Positions 55,202 to 64,000 of a stretch of 64,000 nucleotides of DNA are shown piece after piece. Location: assembly GCA_964016885.1 (NCBI GenBank), contig OZ024740.1, positions 65,906,001 through 65,970,000 of the forward strand, in the 5' to 3' direction. Every line of letters begins with the position of its first letter. The first letter of the stretch is position 1. The notes under the pieces are model-generated. The model had not been told where the DNA came from and ran no database searches. It was given only the letters and a program-made list of their open reading frames with translations. Source of the DNA: Eledone cirrhosa (lineage: Eukaryota). The position numbers and the translations under genes were made by a program.

Positions 55202-55649
55202 CTTGGCGGTAGTAAAAGAGAAACTCATGTATGTAGTGTAAGGGAACAACTTAAATATTATAATTCAAATATATAACTAGTATTGAGCTAGATTGGAATC
55301 CAAAGGCTCTTTGTGCCAGCAGCTGCAGACAATACCCATAGTTATTAAAAAAATATCTATAATAGTGAACGTAGTGTTTCGAACGTGTCGCACTAAGGAT
55401 ATATTCGATAAGGTAGTACCTACTATAATTCCTCTTTAGAAAGTGGCTTCAAAGGTTATATTAATTACAAACCCCAAAACCCCACGTTAAAATCTAAAAT
55501 AAAAATAGAAATAGAAAAATAAGTTTCACTCGGCTAAGAATAAGGTATGTAAGACTTTTTTGGATCTGATAGATAAGCATTTCCCTCCATTATTCAGCTA
55601 GAGGAAAAATATTTAATAGGTGTTCTATAACGATAATATATTCCTGTGG

Positions 55650-57520
55650 ATCATTCATGAAATCGATAAAAAAACAAAAAACTGCTAAAAACAAACTAAA
55701 TGATGATCCAAGGATAAAGGGAAAATAGCTTCAGCAGTATATGAGACACAGGTTACATCTCTCACCACCAAATATGCAGAGGACAGTGACAGATATGTGG
55801 TTATTGTACCAGATCATTTTCGCAACGATTCTATTCACAGATTTTAGCTTTAGGCACTCTGAAACGAAGACCAACACGGCTCTTTCTGTTACGAGAATTT
55901 AGTTTGGAAAAAAATGCAAATGTCCAAAGAGCTTGAAGCGATCTTCAAGCAGCATATGACACTGTCACTGCCGAGTTAGTTCAAGAAAAAACATACAACG
56001 TCTCTGCTCAACACAAAGCAGATACAGAAACGGAAGGGGGCTCAGCCCAAACCTTTAATATTGGATGGTTGGGACATTTCAAAAATATCTTTGCAGAACT
56101 TCTCAAAGTAACAAGATTAAGTTTTCCGATCCACTCAATATACATCGACTCCGTTCAATATTGAAGAACTGTAGGCTGTGCTTCAGGTTGTTCCTAAAAA
56201 TAAGGCAATTTGTTCCTAAAATATACCAGTTATTGTTTAGAAGAATGAACATTTCAACCCTTTCCTACTTACACTCTGTAACTTTGAATTCGAAGCCCAA
56301 AATGCCCCTCATTTTTGGCTCAACTAAGATATAATTCCACTTCCGAGGGAAATCTGACAATATTTAAATATTATCGAGGCATCTTTCACAAAGTTATTGT
56401 TGCTAGCATCTACAAGTTGATCCTAAACAGTAAATTTCCTTTCCTGAATGCTATTTTGAGGTGAAATCAAAATGGACATCGCAGAAAACGTTCAACAACT
56501 GGACAGTTCCAGTGCTTGCAAAGAACTAGTGAAGTAATGAGCCATGGCTATAAAGATTTTTGCATACTTTTTGTGGACTTTATAAAAGTATTTGACTCAA
56601 TCAAAACGAGAGGTAATATTTGACATAAAACCGCTTTATGACATTTCTGAAAGGTTAGTTAAACCAATAAGAGCATTATACACCTGCACAAAATCCCGAG
56701 ACGAAACCTAAATGGAGAACAGAATATTTTGATATAGTTGATGGGGTTCTTCAAGGGGATACTCTAGCATTTTTCTCTTAACATCTTAAGTATTTCATTG
56801 CAGTGGTAATACTTAAGCTCTGAGGAAGCAGAAGATATCCCTTTGAATTTATTCCACATCTGGATGTTCCTAATCGTTTGCCACTTCCCTCATAATCAGT
56901 AGCAAATACGGAATTGCATCTTCATCCGCTGGAATCAGCTGCAGCTCATGTTGGACTCTATTTCTATGACTCAGAAACTGAGTTTAACTCAACGGAATAT
57001 GATGCTAGCATTGTCACAGTAAACTGGAAAGCGCTTAAAGCAAGTGTCTTATCTCTATCATAATGAAATCGGAATAGGACATCCACATACATAGAACAGT
57101 GGCCGAGAATACATATCAAAAGCTGCATAAACTTGGGAAGTCCCTATACGAAACCAGCTTAAAATCAGCTTGTTTAGAACAAATATTTCTGAGACTTGGA
57201 TATTGCACTCCCTTCTACAGAACCGTTTAGATGCATGTAGCATTATCCTTCTGTGAATGGCTCAAAATACTCCTTGACCAGCGCATCCCACGCTTAATCA
57301 GATATAAGGAAACTTTTCAAATGTAAATTCACAACAGATTGAAATTAGTTCAACGTTTGTTGGTCACTGCTACCGCGCAAAAGATGAGATAATTTCGGAC
57401 TACTTATTCCGGGAGATTTACTCTACTAGAAGTTCAGTTACCAGGTTGCCATACCAGATATTGTTAGCATGAAGTTGTGCTTCGTGTGTCGCCTAAGAGC
57501 AATGGATAGGGATATAAATG
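55650..57520 (+). mobile_element. Decayed RTE/RTEX-like LINE RT region
   Basis: FVDFIKVFDSI, GVLQGDTLA and GHCYRAKDEIISD. Confidence 0.7.
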
Positions 57521-57554
57521 TATCATAATAATAGTAATAATTTATATGTCTATG

Positions 57555-57654
<100 letters not shown>

Positions 57655-58509
57655 TTGTGTGTGTGTATAACTATATATATTTAATATAGAAATTACTTTT
57701 ACATGACTAGAACTGTTTCATTTGGAGGAAATCATGAGGGAATATATATATATTATCTTCTTTTAACCCCATAGTCACCTAGACGGGCTGAGCGATTGGA
57801 ACTATAGATCTTTTTATTTAATGCCTTCAATCTCATGCTACTTTAATTATATTTTATGAAATAATATATATGTTAAAAGGAATTCAAAACTGCAATACAA
57901 AATCTCTTCTATTAATAGCCAACATAATAACTGGAATATGTATATTATGTTAAAAGCTTTTCAATTATTGACTTAACAGATTGATTTACATAATTGCTTC
58001 GGGTATTTGAGGGAGAGATCGTAACGTTTCAAATAGCAAGAAAATACGATTGTCATATGCCTAATGAGGTTTTTAAAATCTACTTTTACCAATTCCTATT
58101 TCTGTTGTTAATTTATACTTTATAAAATGTTTCTGTGGGTTTCGAAGTAGAGAAACATTTCGCAAATAGAATCTGAGTATGTATTGTTTTTATCAATATA
58201 TATTACTCCTTAATATATCATATTCAGTAGAAAGGTACTACTTTCTAGACACTTCAAATTTCAAATGAATTATATACTTTATACATATATTATAAAATGT
58301 TAGATAGATATAAGGTGTCACACAGTAGTGCCACCATAATCATTCAATCTTCTGAGGTCGTAGATCTATGTTAGTTACACGGGTGTCTTATATATATATG
58401 TTTATGTGTGGTGTGTTTGTATGTATGTGAGTGCGTGTCTGTATTTGTGTATGTGTGTGTGTGTGAGCGCGCGCGCGTGTGTATGTGTGAGTGTGTGTGT
58501 GTGTGTGTA

Positions 58510-58678
<169 letters not shown>

Positions 58679-58876
58679 TGAGTAAAACGGAAATAACAAA
58701 GGAAACGTATATTAAAGAAATATCTCATTTCAACGCATGGCAGGAAGGGAGCATGAACGTTTCGTATGCTGGAAGGGAGGGAAACAAATGAGAAAAAAAA
58801 AAGAGAAATAAAAGCACATACACACGTACGTATTCAGTCAGCCATATATGTTTTTATATATATATTTTTTTCGTGT

Positions 58877-58932
<56 letters not shown>

Positions 58933-58969
58933 ATAATAATAAATGTGAAGACAAAAATGCAAATAGTGC

Positions 58970-59005
<36 letters not shown>

Positions 59006-60245
59006 CAGAACAGCTAACACTATAATACGTCTCCATCGCTAGAAGCTGAGCAAAGAACCAATAACATCAACATCATCATCAACAACAACAACAATAATAA
59101 TAATTATATTAATAAAGCTGCTGTGGAGAATGTCTTAAACATAAGACATGAAAGAACTGAAGAATCTCCTGGAGAAAGTAACAAGTCACAAGACATAATC
59201 GAAGGGCTACCATCTGAGCAAATATCAAATACGTTTCTAGAAACGAGATGCCCTAACGAACCTGTTGGAAGTAGCCAGGAGTAGAGCATAGAAACATAAA
59301 TGAAGACCAAACTGCTGCTGAAGAACACAGAGACTTTCTAAAGGAATTCAAACAGAAAATTCTGAATGACCTTGCTTTTGTAAGACATAGTAGTATAAAT
59401 GATAGAGAACCACTTCAAAATCTCTCAAATACACACCAAAATAATAAACATATAATGATTAGTAATTCTGTAACAAAGGAAATCGTAGAATACTTAAAAC
59501 CTGATCTTACAGAGTTAACTGAAATCATTTACGAAACTGCCTATGTAATTGAAACAAGTTGTTTACCACAAGTCAAAAAATTAAAACAAAACAAAGAGAG
59601 TCAGATTTGAGGAGTACACCAATTTGAAAGATTAGAAATGTAAACGAGATTGACCTAATCTACTGGGGGACATATTCTTTACTGAATGAGCTAATCACTG
59701 GAAATGATGTAAGTTCCAGGAAGGGAAGAAAGCTAAATAGAAAATATTAACTTTCATCAAGAGAAGTGCTAATATAAACAAAGGAAACACTGAAACAAAA
59801 AAGTCCGTGTAAAAGCCGAAATAATTAGTAGATCGAAAAGCGAAACATCTACAGGCAAAATAAATTGTACACATCCAATGCCAAGTATTGCCATTCTCTA
59901 TGGAATGGAATCAATACGTGTGCAGTACCAGTTAAAAAAAAGATTTAATTGGTACCGCACACGTATTGAGAAAAGCATTATCTCGAAGAATATCTCTCCA
60001 AGTATGTATGTGTGGATATGCGTGTGTGTGTGTGTTGTATGTGTGTGCGAGTGTGTGTGCGCGCGTGTGTGTGTGTGTGTGTGTGTAAGTTTGTGTGTGG
60101 ATGTGGATTAAATATATATATTTAAGGATTTGAGTGTATATGTACGTGTGGATATGTATATGTATATGTGTATGTATTATATGTATGTATGTGTCAGTCT
60201 ACGTATGTGTGCATGTGTGTACATATATATGTGTATATGCATATG

Positions 60246-60317
<72 letters not shown>

Positions 60318-60456
60318 GGTTTGAGGTTCACCACTGTATAGAGCTGGTCTATTCCGTATGGTCAATCGTATTGCAATAATATAGAGAGTACTCAACGTAA
60401 AGCAGTTCAACCGTCTTTGTTTTTGTAGTTGGTGGTGCTATTACGGAGTTAAATAT

Positions 60457-62011
60457 TATAATGAAATGACAGGAGGCTGGATTTGTGTAAATCATTGAAA
60501 GGTTTATTATACTATGATCATTTCAATGAGCGGGTTCCGTATGAATCCGGTGATATCATCAGGTATTCGAAATATAATACGTGAATGTAATAGGTAAAAT
60601 CCATGAGGCTGAAAATCGAGACCCGAGGGCAACCGCTATTCTGTTCCTTCAACCTCAGCCGGTCGCCCTGGAGTGACGTGGCTAAAGTTTATAGTATGCT
60701 ACTACCGTTCAGATAAACGAAAACAGAAAGGGATGGGAGCATAAGTTAAGGTCGATCTCATGACACAAGGTAAAAGAAAGAAAGAAAGGAAGGAGAGAGA
60801 AGAAGGGGGAAGAAAGAAGTAGAGAAGCCATTGTTTAATGTCAGCTAAAAGAAGGCAACTACTACCGGTCAGATATAGGCAAGCAAGAGGGAGAAGGAAG
60901 ATAAGTCTGCGGGAGGAAGATAGGAGGAGGGGAGAAGAGAAGGAAGGGAAGAGAGAAGTAGAAAAGTAAGGGTTGATGGCTACAAGAAGGAAGATAGAAA
61001 GAAAGAGGAAGAAAGGTCGATATTAATGTCAGACCACAGTCAAGCCAGGAGTCGCGCGAGAAAATGTTCACAGGGACCCGCATCTTAGCAGAGATGAATA
61101 TATTGGGAGTCAGTGTGTTACAGTGTTTAGACTTATAGGATGAAGTTAAAAAATTAATAATCAATATTCAATATTAAAGAGGTTAGAAAATTTAAAGTTC
61201 AACAGTTTAACATTTAATTATATAATAGTTCCGATTTGTTCTGTAATTGAAAGGTACTATGTGGCGGTTAAAACACCGGCCACGCCCCGGGCCCCATGGC
61301 GAATAAGCTACGCCGAGTATTTTCATTTACTGAAAGAAGGGGAAATTTATTTTTCCAAGCACTCCAGGTGAGCTCGTTCGCCAGGGAGCTGGTCGCGCCG
61401 CCATTAAAACCCACCCAACAGTCCGACAGAAAGTTGGAACTTTAAAATTTTGCTTAGAGAATTAAAAGACTAATGGTTGATAGCTACAAGAAGGAAGATA
61501 GAAAGAGAGAGGAAGGAAGGTCGATATTAATGTCACACCACAGTCGGGCCAGGAGTGGCGCGACAACATTTTCACAGGGACTCGCATCTTAGCAGAGGTG
61601 AATATATTGGGGGTCAGTGTGTTACAATGTTTAGACTTATAGGATGAAGTTAAAAAATTAATAATCAATATTCCATATTAAAGAGGTTAGAAAATTTAAT
61701 GCTCAACAATTTCAGGTTGATATATCTAATAGTTCCGATTTGTTCTGTAATTAAAAGGTACCATTTGGCGGTTAAAACACCATAAACTTTAACCACGTCA
61801 CTCCAGGGCGACCGGCTGAGGTTGAAGGAACAGAATAGCGGTCGCCCTCGGGTCTCGATTTTCAGCCCCATGGATTTTACCTATTACATTCACGTATTAT
61901 ATTTCGAATACCTGATGATATCACCGGATTCATACGGAACCCGGTCATTGAAATGATCATAGTATAATAAACCTTTCAAGGATTTACACAAATCCAGCCT
62001 CCTGTCATTTC

Positions 62012-62015
<4 letters not shown>
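60457..62015. mobile_element. Non-coding fold-back element: ~235-bp inverted arms with HHR (family H4) plus an internal ~310-bp direct repeat
   Basis: 60457-60690 is the reverse complement of 61783-62015; 60965-61278 resembles 61470-61781. Confidence 0.85.
61908..61965 (+). ncRNA. Type I hammerhead (family H4); mirror copy at 60509-60566 (-)
   Basis: ATAC CTGATGA T ATCACCGG..CCGGTCAT T GAAA TGATC ATA GTAT. Confidence 0.75.
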
Positions 62016-62050
<35 letters not shown>

Positions 62051-62239
62051 TTCTCTCGCTATGTCTCTCTCTGTGTATATTTTTAAACTGTAAATATAAT
62101 CATTTTTCTGTGTTAACTGTCTTACTACTGTATACAGTGAGTTTGTTTGCCCCAGTTGTCCGGAAAACATTCAGCAAATAACGGAAACGATACTGAAGGA
62201 AAAGGTAAAATACAAAAGGAATAATAATAATAACAATAA

Positions 62240-62410
62240 TAATTGTTTCTACTTTTGGCACAAGGGCAGCAATTAGCCAGTGCATTACTGGTACTTTATT
62301 TTATCGACCCCCGTAAGGATGAAAGGCAAAGTTAAACTCGGCGGGATTTGAACTCAGAATGGCAAGGACCGTAATTCTAGGTGTCAAAGAATGGTGTCCG
62401 CCCCTACTGC
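62240..62410 (-). mobile_element. SINE S1
   Basis: Matches S1; (AAT)n flank. Confidence 0.85.
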
Positions 62411-62414
62411 CTTT

Positions 62415-62670
62415 CCACATAATGTGAGCAGTTAGTAAAAGTTTGCATGCATCTTTTAGGAAGCTCCTGATTACCACGAGGACGAGATTGTTGCACAAAA
62501 CTGCCTTGCTAGGAATATCAATTATTCTAAAGAGAATAATTGAAGAAGAAGGAATGTCCCAAACGATATTTGGCCATTGGCCATGGCTCACTCTTTTCGT
62601 ATAGCGTCGTCATAAAATCTCCCAGAAAAAAAACGGATACGAATGATAATACTAATGATAATAATACTTT
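62415..62670 (+). mobile_element. R4/Dong-type extreme 3' end with AAT tail
   Basis: LHKTALLGISIILKR followed by a short UTR and a degenerate (AAT)n. Confidence 0.55.
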
Positions 62671-64000
62671 AGAAAGTCAGATTTGACAAGACATAACTGT
62701 GGAACCACTGGAGTTGACACAAAAGAAAGCCTACAAATTGAAATCTCCTGGCATTGATAAATTGCCAAACTTCTGGTTATCTTGTCTACCACCTACCCAT
62801 GATATGTTAGTAAAATATCATGTCAAAATTATGCACCATCTTGCAAAATCTCCTGATTGGTTCGCACAAGGTATAACGTATCGTTTGCGACAATTTACAG
62901 AAACAAATATTGCCAAAAACTATCGTTTTATAACATCATACAAAATTCTCACTTCAATCTTGAGGTGACAATCTACAAATGTATGGGTGAAAATAATCTT
63001 TTCCCTATAGAGCAGAAAGCTCATCGCCGTGGATCTTACGGACGCAAAGACCAACTTCTTATTAAACGTATTTTTCCGAATCTGAGTACTGCTTTGATTG
63101 TCTACAAACATGCACTTGATAGTGTTCTCTACTTATAGATTTTGAAAACTTTGGATTTTCTGAAAATGTTCGCAGTAATATCAACTTCCTTGAAATTAAA
63201 CATGTCTATATGGAATAAAAATCTTTCATTGTAACACAGTGTTGGAACTATGAACTACAACAGAATAAATATTAACTGGTATTTTTGAAGGTGATTCAAT
63301 TTCTGCACTGACACCGCTGTTGTATTTAGGGTTCAACAAAACAGAGTATGGCTAAAAAATAGATAGCAAAACTATAATACACCGGTTTTATATGGATGGC
63401 TTAAAGCTGTATACCAAAAAGGCAACGAAGTGGAAGGATTGCTGAAGACTATAAAGGTGTTCAGCGATGGGGTACGGATGGGTTTTAGCCTATAGATATC
63501 TAGGTATTAACGAAGGCTAAAATATTGATCACGCTATCATGAAAGAAAATCAGGGAAAGTGCTACCGGAGAATACGTGCTGTCTTAAAAATTCAGTTGAA
63601 CACGAGAAATAAATTCGTTTGCAATCCTTTCAAATAATGAGGATGATCTACTCTGAACCGTCATACGGTGATGAAAATTGTATCAGAACGTGAAAGGAAC
63701 AAGTATTCATATCCAATCATGACGTAGAGGAGGAGGTTTGTTGGGGAATTAGGAATTGATTGAGGACACTTTTAAAATTATGCCGGCCTAGATATTAATT
63801 ATCTAAAGAACGTCAAAATGGTAGCGACGATGAATGTAAAGGGGATGCTGCGTGTAAACTTGATACAAATACCTCTTCTTGGGCTGAATATCCTCCGTAA
63901 GAAAGATTCTGATATACATAAAACTTTCATTCATCAGTGGCTGCGGAGTTCTGGGCAGAGGCAAAACGTGATAGCTTCATTTTGTCTGTAATTTTCTAGT

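Larger units (their letters stand above)
59090..63900 (+). mobile_element. Decayed R4/Dong element (family C) split by nested insertions at ~59900-62670
   Basis: 59350-59870 resembles the family B N-terminal region; 62699+ reads KSPGIDKLPNFWL, EQKA.RRGSYGRKDQL and FYMDGLKLY. Confidence 0.75.

Overview
AT-rich, microsatellite-dense animal genomic DNA. It is not prokaryotic, and the SINE/repeat content looks cephalopod/octopus-like, which is an inference. I can support no intact host gene; almost all recognisable sequence is mobile DNA. This includes Penelope-like elements (PLEs) of two types, R4/Dong-type RLE retrotransposons, L1/Tx1, CR1-like and RTE-like LINE fragments, about 11 copies of one tRNA-derived SINE, a CORE-type SINE, a non-autonomous Helitron, decayed hAT and pogo transposases, and MITE-like palindromes. 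The main hidden signal is non-coding: at least 7 sequence-distinct families of type I hammerhead ribozyme (HHR) motifs, about 20 copies in all. Most have palindromic helix III loops and sit in fold-back insertions within (TA)n tracts. The clearest case is 40429-42657, a near-perfect array of a 310-bp highly structured unit with one HHR per unit (a retrozyme/circRNA-like replicon), arranged as two oppositely oriented tandem arms. All structures were paired by eye; no folding or database search was run, and element boundaries are approximate.
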